A stretch of DNA of 64,000 nucleotides from Candidatus Latescibacterota bacterium. GTDB taxonomy: Bacteria > Latescibacterota > UBA2968. Below, piece by piece: positions 17,253-26,327 of the stretch (the stretch's first letter is position 1; each line of letters opens with the position of its first letter). The DNA lies in the NCBI GenBank assembly GCA_965207885.1, contig OZ242311.1:352001-416000 (forward strand). The letters run 5' to 3'. A model generated the notes under the pieces. The model saw only the letters and a program-made list of their open reading frames with translations. It had not been told where the DNA came from and searched no databases. The translations under genes and the position numbers were made by a program.

Positions 17253-17600
17253 ATGGCTACTCTAACAGATCGTATCACGGTCAATCCCAATCAGTGCGGG
17301 GGACGACCCTGTATTCGAGGTATGCGGATTCGCGTCACGGATGTGCTGGATTTGCTCGCTCACGACTTGACGTGTGAACAAATCCTATCAGAGCATCCAG
17401 ACCTTGAATCTGAGGACATCCGCGCTTGTCTGCGATTTGCCAGTGATCGGCTTAACCATCCGGTTCTCAAAGATGAGCAGGCCTGGACAGAACGTTTTGA
17501 GGCTACAACGGATGAGCAGTGGGATCGTTTGGCTGAATCAGCGCGAAAGGAAATTGCTGCGGGTGATACGGACTATGACCAGTTACTCAAGCGTCTGTAA
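17253..17600 (+). CDS. DUF433-family antitoxin with chimeric C-terminal extension
   Basis: RITVNPNQCGGRPCIRGMRIRVTDVLDLLA...HPDLESEDIRACLRFA is DUF433. Confidence 0.8.
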   Translation: MATLTDRITVNPNQCGGRPCIRGMRIRVTDVLDLLAHDLTCEQILSEHPDLESEDIRACLRFASDRLNHPVLKDEQAWTERFEATTDEQWDRLAESARKEIAAGDTDYDQLLKRL

Positions 17601-17639
17601 TTGAAGTGTCGCGAAAGATGTATTGAACCTTATTTTTTT

Positions 17640-17674
17640 AGCCCAACGGACTCTGTCAAACCGTTGGGCTTTTT
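17640..17674 (+). terminator. Intrinsic terminator
   Basis: AGCCCAACGG/CCGTTGGGCT stem followed by TTTT. Confidence 0.75.
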
Positions 17675-17698
17675 CTATCTTCAGGAGGAGATGGCAAC

Positions 17699-18064
17699 AT
17701 GAGTAATTTGAGTTTACTGACCGGCGTTTACGCAGATGTCGAAGCGTATGCCGTGCTGATAGATAGGGTAATTGAACGGCTGGGACGAGGAGAGATCGGT
17801 TCGCCCGATCCAGATCAGAAGAAGCTCGGACAACTTCTCGTTGATGCCATTGATCAGGGCCTCGAATCACAATCTCTTGAGGCTCTGACTCTGGACAACT
17901 TGCTACGGTCAAACACCGGTGAGCCTTTGCCAGGTCTGAAGAGGCTTGGCGAGTGCCTGCTCAGTGGCAAAGTTGATATCAACTATCATAAACAGTTAGA
18001 GACGCTTGCCCAAAGACTGGAACAGGAACGGGTGGGGATAGCTCGTCAACTATGGGGACGTTAA
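17699..18064 (+). CDS. Helical hypothetical protein
   Basis: 121-aa ORF with AGGAGG RBS; no recognised motif. Confidence 0.6.
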   Translation: MSNLSLLTGVYADVEAYAVLIDRVIERLGRGEIGSPDPDQKKLGQLLVDAIDQGLESQSLEALTLDNLLRSNTGEPLPGLKRLGECLLSGKVDINYHKQLETLAQRLEQERVGIARQLWGR

Positions 18065-18104
18065 TTGACCAATCACTGGATCGGGCACGACATTTATACC
18101 AATC

Positions 18105-18362
18105 TTACGGCTTCCTATAAATCTCATGAGTCCCAACTCGGCGCAGACGGTAGGTATCGCCCACGATCTTGAATGTGAACCTGTAACTTTCGGTGACGCG
18201 GGCTTCCCAGATATCGGCTTGACCTCGCATCTTCCGGGTCTGAAGAGAACCGTGATGTGGATTAGCAAAGAGAAGCGAGAGTTGTTTGTCCACACGTTCC
18301 TGGATGTTCCGTGGCAGTCGCGCATAGTCGCGGTCAAATGATTTCTCAATAACGATTTTCAT
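18105..18362 (-). CDS. RelE/ParE-superfamily toxin
   Basis: SFDRDYARLP...NPHHGSLQTRKMRG..DIWEARVTESYRFTF...RRVGTHEI; coupled to the upstream antitoxin. Confidence 0.85.
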   Translation of the reverse strand: MKIVIEKSFDRDYARLPRNIQERVDKQLSLLFANPHHGSLQTRKMRGQADIWEARVTESYRFTFKIVGDTYRLRRVGTHEIYRKP

Positions 18363-18781
18363 GCACGCTGCTTATGAAGGTGGGCAAGGAGCCCCTCTGC
18401 CGTTTCAAATTCACTGGAAGACCGGCCCTCTCGCTCGTCTCGCTCAGCTTCTCGCTCGCCTTTCTGCCATGACTCCAGCCACCAGTACTTCTGCTCTGGA
18501 TCAATGAGACCTGCTTTTGTAGCCACGTTGACCTCTGCCTCGGTTAATCCTTTGGAATTAAGCATATCCTCGTTGATGGTCTTGATCTTGTCTTTTGCCC
18601 GCGCGAGAATCCGTTGTTCTTTTTTTGAAAGCTCTGGGGGACTCATCTGCTGCGGTATGAGGACGACTTTTCCATTCTCTTCAATTACCTCAATCATATC
18701 ACCCACTTTGAGGCCGAGTTTCTCAAACACCGGCTTGGGGATAGTGATCCGGTGGCTGGAGGTAATTTTTGAATGTGGCAT
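18359..18781 (-). CDS. AbrB/MazE-domain antitoxin
   Basis: KITSSHRITIPKPVFEKLGLKVGDMIEV...VVLIP; C-terminal IDPEQKYWW..SWQKGEREAE motif. Confidence 0.85.
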   Translation of the reverse strand: MPHSKITSSHRITIPKPVFEKLGLKVGDMIEVIEENGKVVLIPQQMSPPELSKKEQRILARAKDKIKTINEDMLNSKGLTEAEVNVATKAGLIDPEQKYWWLESWQKGEREAERDEREGRSSSEFETAEGLLAHLHKQRA

Positions 18782-18875
18782 TTCTCGTCTCCTATTTGTC
18801 ATTGCAAGTACTGAACATAGAATAAAATTAAAAAGCCCTGAAAAAAAGTCAATGACTTGCTGATAGGCAAAACCA

Positions 18876-18909
18876 CTGGATCGCGGCTAAAACCCTGCCG
18901 CGATGACGG
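18876..18909 (-). repeat. REP-like palindrome (CCGTCATCGCGGC family)
   Basis: CTGGATCGCGGCTAAAACCCTGCCGCGATGACGG. Confidence 0.8.
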
Positions 18910-19027
18910 CTTTAGTAATGGGTCGGGAAAAGAAATTCCTTCCTACCTGATGGCTCAACATCTTGCCGCGATGATGAGGGCTGATGGGTCAGGTCATGCC
19001 AGTGGTGCAAGTTATTTATTGCACTAT

Positions 19028-19352
19028 TGGCAAGTATTTGTCAACGATTTTGTTGACAAATACTTATTAAAAAAACAACAGGGAAGCGATAAAGTTATAA
19101 TAAACAAGCCTTTACTTGCAGTTCAATGAGTTGTTCTTGAGGCTCATTCAACAAGCCTATTGCACCTTCGCCTATGGCAAGGGGCAGGGGAAGAGTCAAC
19201 CGCGAGTTTTTTTGTTATGTCTTGCACATAAATGTGGAGTTATATTTTCAGTTAGCTGGTAAATATTTGTCAACAGATTTGTTGACAAATATTGTTAAAA
19301 AACAATTGGAAAGCAATAACATTATAATAAACAGGTCTTTGCTTGCAGTTCA
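19028..19352. repeat. Diverged ~97-bp direct repeat (19028-19125 and 19257-19352) containing the als 3' end and a 14-bp palindrome
   Basis: Both copies contain TATTTGTCAAC..GTTGACAAATA, AAAAAACAA, TTATAATAAACA and CTTGCAGTTCA. Confidence 0.85.
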
Positions 19353-20980
19353 TCTACGAGCACTTTCTGGTTTTCCGAGTAATCCACGGGTATTTCGACG
19401 AGGTGTACGCCGCCTTTGGTATAACATTTTTCCAGCAGGGGTACTGTCATTTCTGTGGATTTCACGCGGTGTCCATGCGCGCCGTAGCTGTTGGCGTACA
19501 TGACAAAATCCGGGTTGTCGAATTCCAGTCCAAAATCGGGAAGCCCCATCCCGTATTGTTTCCAGCGGATCATGCCGTAGGCATTGTCTCTTAAGATCAG
19601 GACGACGAGATTGAGGTTGAGTCTTACGGCTGTTTCCAATTCCTGGCTGTTCATCATAAAACCACCGTCGCCGCAAATCGCCATGACCCGCCGGTTGGGA
19701 TAAAACCGCGCGGCTTCCATTGCCGAGGGCAGGCCCGCGCCCATGGTGGCAAGGGCGTTGTCCAGCAATACGGTGTTGGGTTGCGTGGTCGGGTAGTTGC
19801 GCGCAAACCAGATTTTGTACACGCCGTTATCCAGCGCAATGATGCCGTCTTCGGGCAGGACTTTGCGGACGTCCCAGACGAGGCGCTGGGGTTTTATCGG
19901 GAAGCTGTTGTCGTTTTCTCCCAGACGAATGTGTTCCTGAATCTGGTCGCGGATGCGCATGTAATAGTCGAAGTCGTGCGAGGCTGTTTTGCCAGTTTTG
20001 TCGGCGAGGCGCTGGATCGTGTTTGCAATGTCGCCTACTACTTCCAGTTGTGGAAAATAGACATTATCTACCACGGCGGATTGGAAGTTGATGTGGATGA
20101 CCCGGGTTGCCCCTTCGTCGTGTGACATGAAAAATGGCGGTTTTTCCACGACATCGTGTCCGACGTTTATGATCAGATCGGCGCGTTCAATGGCGCAGTG
20201 GAGATAGTCGCCATCGGATAGTGCTGCGGTGCCCAGAAATAGAGGATGGAGACCGCCAACGACGCCTTTGCCCAGCTGGGTATTGAAAAAGGGTATGCCG
20301 GTTTTGTCGAGGAAGTGTGCCACGGATTCCCAGATGCGCTTGCGGTTGGTGCCCGCGCCCAGGAGGAGCAAGGGCCGCGTGGCTTCTTTGATCATTTTTA
20401 CCGCGTCGTCAATGGCGCGTTCATTGGCGTCGCCGCGTCTGCATGTGCTGATGTTAAAAACCGGCGTGGTGTGTTCGTCAACGGGTTCTTCGGCGACATC
20501 TTCCGGCAATTCCAGGTGTACGGCGCCGGGGCGCTCTTCTTGTGCGAGGCGAAATGCCTCCCGCACCATGGAGGGAATCATATCTACGTTGACGATTTGT
20601 CGGGTGTATTTTGTGAGGGGTTCCATCATGCTCACGACGTCGATGATCTGAAATTGGCCCTGTTTGCTCTTTTTGATGGGTTTTTGGCCCGTGATCATGA
20701 GCAGGGGCATGCCGCCCAGTTGGGCATAGGCGGCGCCCGTCACAAAATTGGTCGCGCCGGGACCGAGTGTGGCAAGGCAGACGCCGGCTTTGCCCGTGAG
20801 CCGTCCGTAAGTCGCAGCCATAAACGCAGCACCCTGTTCGTGGCGGGTCAGGATGAGTTTGATGCTCGATTTGCGAAGGGCTTCCAGAAAGGCGAGGTTT
20901 TCTTCTCCCGGCACGCCGTAGATATATTCCACGCCTTCATTTTCCAGTGCTTTGACAAATAGGTCCGAAGCGTTCATCAC
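19322..20980 (-). CDS. Acetolactate synthase large subunit-like TPP enzyme
   Basis: YGVPGEENL, TRHEQGAAFMA, TLGPGATN, GDGGFMMNSQELETA. Confidence 0.92.
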   Translation of the reverse strand: MMNASDLFVKALENEGVEYIYGVPGEENLAFLEALRKSSIKLILTRHEQGAAFMAATYGRLTGKAGVCLATLGPGATNFVTGAAYAQLGGMPLLMITGQKPIKKSKQGQFQIIDVVSMMEPLTKYTRQIVNVDMIPSMVREAFRLAQEERPGAVHLELPEDVAEEPVDEHTTPVFNISTCRRGDANERAIDDAVKMIKEATRPLLLLGAGTNRKRIWESVAHFLDKTGIPFFNTQLGKGVVGGLHPLFLGTAALSDGDYLHCAIERADLIINVGHDVVEKPPFFMSHDEGATRVIHINFQSAVVDNVYFPQLEVVGDIANTIQRLADKTGKTASHDFDYYMRIRDQIQEHIRLGENDNSFPIKPQRLVWDVRKVLPEDGIIALDNGVYKIWFARNYPTTQPNTVLLDNALATMGAGLPSAMEAARFYPNRRVMAICGDGGFMMNSQELETAVRLNLNLVVLILRDNAYGMIRWKQYGMGLPDFGLEFDNPDFVMYANSYGAHGHRVKSTEMTVPLLEKCYTKGGVHLVEIPVDYSENQKVLVDELQAKTCLL

Positions 20981-20991
20981 TTCCTCCGGGT

Positions 20992-22395
20992 TTATGCGGG
21001 GACACTGCGTCCCCTCGTTTTGTACTGGTTGAGCAGGTCGGTCAATCGCGATACGATTTCGGGGTGTTGCGCGTAGAGGTTTTCGCGTTCTCGGTAGCCG
21101 GTTTCCATGTCATAGAGTTGGCCGGGAGCATCATCCGGAGGGTCGTCGGGATAATCATTGCCGCCGGAGCTTTGGTGGAGGAGCAATTTCCATTTGTCCT
21201 GGCGGATGGCAAATTCGCCTTTGGAAGAGTGATGCACGGTGGCTTCGCGGATGGATGTCGCGCTCTGGCTCGTCAGGATGGGTAGGATGCTGCAACTGTC
21301 TTCGCCGGCATTTTCGGGAAGGGTATGGCCGATAATGTCGGCGGCTGTTGCGATGAGGTCTGTGAGACATACGATTTCGTCGCTGAAGGATCCAGACGCG
21401 ACTTTTTCGGGCCAGCGGGCGATAAAGGGGATGCGATGTCCGCCTTCCCAGTTGTCGCGTTTGCAGCCGCGGAAGTGATAGGCGCTGTAGTGATTGTATT
21501 CTTGTTTTCGCGCGTGCATAAAGCGTTCGGGTCCGTTGTCGCTGGTGACGATAAAGAGGGTGTTGTCGGTGGCGCCGGCTTTTTCAACAGCGTCCATGAT
21601 TTGACCCACTGCCCAGTCGCATTCGACGACGAAGTCGCCGTATTTGCCGGCCTGGCTTTTGCCTGTGAATGCTTTGTTTGGCGCGATGGGTGTGTGCGGT
21701 CCGGTTACGGGATAGTAGAGGAAAAAGGGCTGTTTGCCCGCTGCGGTTTCTTCGATGAAGGAGACCGCTTTTTTTGTGAGGTCTGGGATGACGTGTTCGG
21801 GTTTGAGGCCCGGCGCAGCGTGTCCTTCGCGTCCAAAGAGGCCCCTATGAGCACGGGCTGTTGGCTCGCAGATTGTGCGGTTGTTTTCGAGATAGACATA
21901 AGGCGGCATGTCCAGGGATGCGGAGATGCCGTAAAAGTAGTCGAATCCGAGGTCGCACGGTCCGCCGGTAAATGGTTGGGTGAAGTCTATGGCTTCGCCG
22001 CGGTTCCATCCCAGTTTGTAGTCTTCGAGGTGTTGGACGCCTTTTTTGCGCGTCCAGTTTAATCCCACATGCCATTTGCCGATGCAAGCGGTGTGATATC
22101 CGTGTTGTTTGAGCAGGGACGCGACGGTCAGGCGTTCGGGTTCGATGAGGGGTTCTGAGTATCCGTTGAGGACGCCATTTTGCAGTCGGGTGCGCCAGCA
22201 ATAGCGTCCGGTTAAGACGCCATAGCGCGAGGGGGAGCACACAGCGGAGCACGAGTGGACATCGGTGAAGCACATGCCTTCAGCGGACAGGCGGTCGATA
22301 TTGGGGGTTTGGATTTTGGATTCGGGATTGAGGTAGCTGATGTCCCCATAACCGAGGTCGTCGAAGAAGATATAGACGATGTTGGGATTGGACAT
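20992..22395 (-). CDS. Arylsulfatase (S1 family, Cys-type)
   Basis: PNIVYIFFDDLGYGD, CSPSRYGVLTGR, GKWHVG. Confidence 0.93.
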   Translation of the reverse strand: MSNPNIVYIFFDDLGYGDISYLNPESKIQTPNIDRLSAEGMCFTDVHSCSAVCSPSRYGVLTGRYCWRTRLQNGVLNGYSEPLIEPERLTVASLLKQHGYHTACIGKWHVGLNWTRKKGVQHLEDYKLGWNRGEAIDFTQPFTGGPCDLGFDYFYGISASLDMPPYVYLENNRTICEPTARAHRGLFGREGHAAPGLKPEHVIPDLTKKAVSFIEETAAGKQPFFLYYPVTGPHTPIAPNKAFTGKSQAGKYGDFVVECDWAVGQIMDAVEKAGATDNTLFIVTSDNGPERFMHARKQEYNHYSAYHFRGCKRDNWEGGHRIPFIARWPEKVASGSFSDEIVCLTDLIATAADIIGHTLPENAGEDSCSILPILTSQSATSIREATVHHSSKGEFAIRQDKWKLLLHQSSGGNDYPDDPPDDAPGQLYDMETGYRERENLYAQHPEIVSRLTDLLNQYKTRGRSVPA

Positions 22396-22422
22396 TGGGG
22401 TCTCCAATTGGTTGTATAAGGT

Positions 22423-23499
22423 TCATTTGGCGGGCGCGATGAAGATTTTGTCGCCCTCCTTACACCCAAGTGTCTTTGAGGCGTTTTCGTAGTTGCGAGC
22501 AATCCTCAAGCGGCCTTCCGCTGTCAAGAATGCAACCCATTCTCCGCGCGGTACGTCTCCATAAGTGGTGGCAAGCAACACTGTGAACGTCTGCTCCCCA
22601 TAGCTGACCTGAAAACGAGTTTTGGGAGAGATGCCAAGTTGCTGCAGGTCGCCCTCGATAAATTCGGTGTTGATGTTGCCGTAGGTCGAGGAGATGCTCT
22701 CTATCTTTGTGTAAGCCCCTCCTTCCACAAATTCCGCAGACGACACATGATTCGGAGCGATGGTCGCATCTTTGTCTCGTTCAATCGCACCGGTGTCCAG
22801 ATAGGCGTCGAGCGCGCGCAACGCGGTTTCCCGTTCGATCTCTCTGAGGTTGACGTGTCCGTCGCGTGCCACAGACCAGAATACTGGCACAGTCGGTGCC
22901 TTTACCGCTTTCTGGATGTACGCTTGGGGTCCCTCCACTTCACTCTGGTTACTGACGAAGAGCAACGGGAGACGTGGGGTATAACGCCATTCGTGGGGGT
23001 GCTCTGTATCTCGCACTTGCAGTGCCGCCCCCAACGCGAGCAAGCCGTCATAACCTTCGGGAGCGGTCTCGGCGATCAGTGTCACGATCGCACCGCCCAT
23101 TGAGCTACCCTGTACAATTACACGTTCAGGCGCGCCATAAGTTTGGACAATGTGCTGGCGTAGCAGTTCGATGTCCGCTACCGCATCGACGACGATCGCT
23201 CCGTTGCGGCGGTAGCTGGTAGATGCGATCATCCAGCCATCGGCAAGCAGATGCTGGTACGTGGGTGAGTCTGTGCGAAAATCGGCGCTCAGGGGCGCAT
23301 TTTCGGGGCGATAGCCGTGCGCCAGCAGCAGGAGTTTTCCGTTCCATGACTCCGGTATGGCGATGACGAATTTTGATTGCTGGAGTTGACCTGCTTCGGT
23401 GCGAAATTTAACTGCCTCTGCGGCTGGGGCGAGCAGTCCGCCGATGAGCAGGAAATAGCATATCCCTTGTACGAGTGTTGAACGGTAGATCGTTTTCAT
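22423..23499 (-). CDS. Secreted alpha/beta hydrolase fused to a SAM hydroxide adenosyltransferase (DUF62) C-terminal domain
   Basis: Signal peptide; AHGY, GSSMGG nucleophile elbow, GH; C-terminal YGNINT...TYGDVPRGE..AFLTAEGRLRIARNYENASKTLGCKEGDKI. Confidence 0.7.
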   Translation of the reverse strand: MKTIYRSTLVQGICYFLLIGGLLAPAAEAVKFRTEAGQLQQSKFVIAIPESWNGKLLLLAHGYRPENAPLSADFRTDSPTYQHLLADGWMIASTSYRRNGAIVVDAVADIELLRQHIVQTYGAPERVIVQGSSMGGAIVTLIAETAPEGYDGLLALGAALQVRDTEHPHEWRYTPRLPLLFVSNQSEVEGPQAYIQKAVKAPTVPVFWSVARDGHVNLREIERETALRALDAYLDTGAIERDKDATIAPNHVSSAEFVEGGAYTKIESISSTYGNINTEFIEGDLQQLGISPKTRFQVSYGEQTFTVLLATTYGDVPRGEWVAFLTAEGRLRIARNYENASKTLGCKEGDKIFIAPAK

Positions 23500-23579
23500 G
23501 ATGGCTCCTTTGGATTGTTTTGCCGGACAGTTTGTGGTGTCTATGCCCAGCCCCAGCAGTTCATACGTCCAGAGGTCTG

Positions 23580-24779
23580 TTATGTTCCGATGGTGTTTTG
23601 GTCGGTGTGATTCTGTTCTTTGAGGATTTGTTTTTGGAGGTATTCGGGCAGTTTGAGGACGCGCTGGAAGTAGGTGGGTTCGTCAAAGCGCAGGTTGTTG
23701 TTTTTGAAGAGGGGACGGTCTGTGTCGCGGCTGAGGTCGCAGTCGAATCGGGCGAGGACGGATTCGCTCATGCTGCCCCCGCCGTCCGGGTTGATATGGC
23801 ACAGTCCCCAGGTGATGCCGCGTCCATCGCCGTTGTCGGCAAATGCGTCGGGAACAAAGGGTCCGGGGGCGACAGGGGGCACCTGGAGCAGGGATTTCAT
23901 TTCGAAATGGAGGCCATCGGGCGCGTATTGTACGGTGTTTTTTTCGGGTCCGTCCAGGCTGACGATTGCGGCGATGCCCTCTTTGTAGGGCCAGAGGCAG
24001 GTTTCGTGGCCGGAGTTGAGGACGGGGTTTAGCGGTGATTTTTGGTATGGTCCTTCCGGATGGTCGGCAATGGCAACGCCCTGAGCGCGGATGATGTTTG
24101 CGCCGCCGCGTTTTTGTCCGGGCGAGCCTTTGTAATACATATGGATTTTGCCTTTGTAGATGAGGGGGAAGGGGTCGTGTATGCAGTTGCAGTCCCAGTC
24201 GTCGGGGCCGCCGGGTACTACGATCGGCCTACCCAGTCGAGTCCAGGGTCCATGGGGAGAGTCGGCGATGGCGATGGTGACGGGGCACGAGTCGCCGCCC
24301 TGAATGACTTCGCTATATGCCTGGTGGTAGAGGTAGTATTTGTTTTTCCAGACGAGGATGTCGGGGGTGCAGTTTGAGCGCCAGCCAAATTCGCCTTTTG
24401 AGGGACGGGTGGCGGCTGGTCCATGTTCTTCCCAGTGAAAGCCGTCTTCGCTGGTGGCATACCATATATCTGCAAGGTCCCAATCGACAGAGGGGATTTC
24501 GTCGGTGGCGTTTTCGTGTCCGACGGGCGGGCCTTTTGTGCGCCGGCAGGTGTACCAGATGTAATAGGTGCCGTCGATGCGGAGGACTTTGGATGGGTCA
24601 CGGCGAGAGACGTTGGGTTCTCGTGAGAATCCCGCGAGGGGGGAGTATTTGAAGTTGCTGAAAAATTCATTGCCGCGGTCTTCATGGGGGTTCCATATAT
24701 CGTACATGCGTTCCATTGAGGCACTGAGTTCGCGGTCTGGTTTTTCAAGTGGTAGTTTAGCGGGGAAGGGCGTTTGCAT
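23580..24779 (-). CDS. GH117-family glycoside hydrolase
   Basis: LSASMERM, SRRDPSKV, WDLADIWYATSEDG, TPDIL, HDPF, NPVLNSGHE, DGPEKNTVQYAPDG. Confidence 0.85.
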   Translation of the reverse strand: MQTPFPAKLPLEKPDRELSASMERMYDIWNPHEDRGNEFFSNFKYSPLAGFSREPNVSRRDPSKVLRIDGTYYIWYTCRRTKGPPVGHENATDEIPSVDWDLADIWYATSEDGFHWEEHGPAATRPSKGEFGWRSNCTPDILVWKNKYYLYHQAYSEVIQGGDSCPVTIAIADSPHGPWTRLGRPIVVPGGPDDWDCNCIHDPFPLIYKGKIHMYYKGSPGQKRGGANIIRAQGVAIADHPEGPYQKSPLNPVLNSGHETCLWPYKEGIAAIVSLDGPEKNTVQYAPDGLHFEMKSLLQVPPVAPGPFVPDAFADNGDGRGITWGLCHINPDGGGSMSESVLARFDCDLSRDTDRPLFKNNNLRFDEPTYFQRVLKLPEYLQKQILKEQNHTDQNTIGT

Positions 24780-26319
24780 GGGGGGTCCTCTGGTGATAAA
24801 TATCCAGTAGTTTTTCAGAGAGGGATTCGATGAGGTGGCTGTGTTGTTCTGATGTGATGAGGTTCTGGCGTTCGTCTTCTGTGGGGTTGTCTTTTAAGTT
24901 GAAGAGAGCGTGGTATTTTAATTTGTCTTCCAAAATGAGTTCTTGCCCGACGATCAATTTCCAATCGCCATCTCGCAGCGAGAGCATAGGTCCCATGATG
25001 TAGTCGTCGTGGAGGACGAGGGGATGGGGTTCAAATTCATCGTCTTTCAGGCCCGTGAGAAAGGGCGCGATGCTGGTGCTGTCTTCGGCAAATCCTTGAC
25101 GTGAGGATGCTTCGATGCCGACGAGGTCTGCGATGGATAATATGAGGTCGTTGAGTCCATACGTGATGTGGCTGGTGCGCCCGGAGGTCGCGTCGTTGCC
25201 GTCGCCGATGTTGCCCTGTTTCCAGAAGGCGATTGTGGGCACGCGATGGCCGCCTTCGTGGATGTGGGCTTTGCGACCGCGGTAGTAGCCGCTGGATTCT
25301 TTGCCCGCGTTTTCCGCGCCGTTGTCGCTGGAGAAGATAAAGAGGGTGTTGTCGATGAGTTTGTGGCCCGGGTTGCGCGGGTCGTCGTGGGTTTCGAGAT
25401 AGTTGAGCAATTGACCGACTGCGACGTCGTTTTCGTATATGAAGTCGAGGCGTTCGGGCGTGTTGTGCTCGCAGCCGCCGACCTGGTCGCGCTGTTTGCC
25501 CCATTCGGTGCTTTCCCAGCCATTGGGGTCGTTGGTGGTTGCGTGTGGGCGCGAGAGTTCGCGTTTGCCGTTTTTGAAGTGCGCCTGTCCCGTGATGGGT
25601 ACGCCGTTGAGTGCGTCGCACGGTGTGTGGGGTGTGTGATTGGAATTGGCGGCGTAGTAGAGGAAGAAGGGTTGTTGTTTTGTGTCTTCTTCTGCGAGAT
25701 GGGTGTCGAGAAAGCCAACGGCGTGCTGGAAGTTCATGGACCCGGTTTTGTACAGGTCGTAACCCGAGATGTCGTGAGGGTTTTTGCCGGTTGCGCCGAT
25801 GCAGCGGCGGTTTTCGATCCAGCCCGCATTGGCAGAGGTTCCATGGCTTCGGTTGGTGATGAAGTGGTAGTCAAAGCCGTGTTCTTCGGGGCAGTCGGTC
25901 AAGGGTTGGCGCACGTCTGCGTCGTCCCATCCCTCGGCGGGTGAGCCGTCGGATTTTGTGTAGGTCAGGCCCACGTGCCATTTGCCCGAGATGCCCGTGC
26001 GATATCCGGCTTCTTTGAGGATGGTGGCGAGTGTGGGCCGTTCTTTTTCGATGAGCGGCGGATAGTGGGGACCAAAGGCGACTTTGTGTTTGAGTTGCGT
26101 GCGCCAGCAATAGCGTCCGGTGAGGAGTGCGTAGCGCGTGGGAGTGCATACGGTTGATGGGGTATGTGCATCGGTAAAGCGCACGCCCAGGCGCGCAAGG
26201 CGTTCCAGGCTGGGGGTGTGAAGTTGTTCGTCGTCTCTATTGCCGGTCCAGTCCTGATACGCGCTGGTGTCGCCCGTGCCCATGTCATCGACGAGGAAGA
26301 TGATGATGTTGGGTTGCAT
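24757..26319 (-). CDS. Sulfatase (S1 family, Cys-type)
   Basis: PNIIIFLVDDMG, CTPTRYALLTGR, GKWHVG. Confidence 0.92.
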   Translation of the reverse strand: MQPNIIIFLVDDMGTGDTSAYQDWTGNRDDEQLHTPSLERLARLGVRFTDAHTPSTVCTPTRYALLTGRYCWRTQLKHKVAFGPHYPPLIEKERPTLATILKEAGYRTGISGKWHVGLTYTKSDGSPAEGWDDADVRQPLTDCPEEHGFDYHFITNRSHGTSANAGWIENRRCIGATGKNPHDISGYDLYKTGSMNFQHAVGFLDTHLAEEDTKQQPFFLYYAANSNHTPHTPCDALNGVPITGQAHFKNGKRELSRPHATTNDPNGWESTEWGKQRDQVGGCEHNTPERLDFIYENDVAVGQLLNYLETHDDPRNPGHKLIDNTLFIFSSDNGAENAGKESSGYYRGRKAHIHEGGHRVPTIAFWKQGNIGDGNDATSGRTSHITYGLNDLILSIADLVGIEASSRQGFAEDSTSIAPFLTGLKDDEFEPHPLVLHDDYIMGPMLSLRDGDWKLIVGQELILEDKLKYHALFNLKDNPTEDERQNLITSEQHSHLIESLSEKLLDIYHQRTPHANALPR

Positions 26320-26327
26320 GTGTCTCC

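Noticed and set aside
19028-19352. CRISPR mini-array
   Set aside because: Only two diverged ~97-bp units that include coding sequence; no repeat-spacer periodicity and no cas genes.
18857-19503. Two plus-strand ORFs sharing similar peptide text
   Set aside because: The similarity comes from the duplicated palindrome and als tail read antisense; unlikely to be real proteins.
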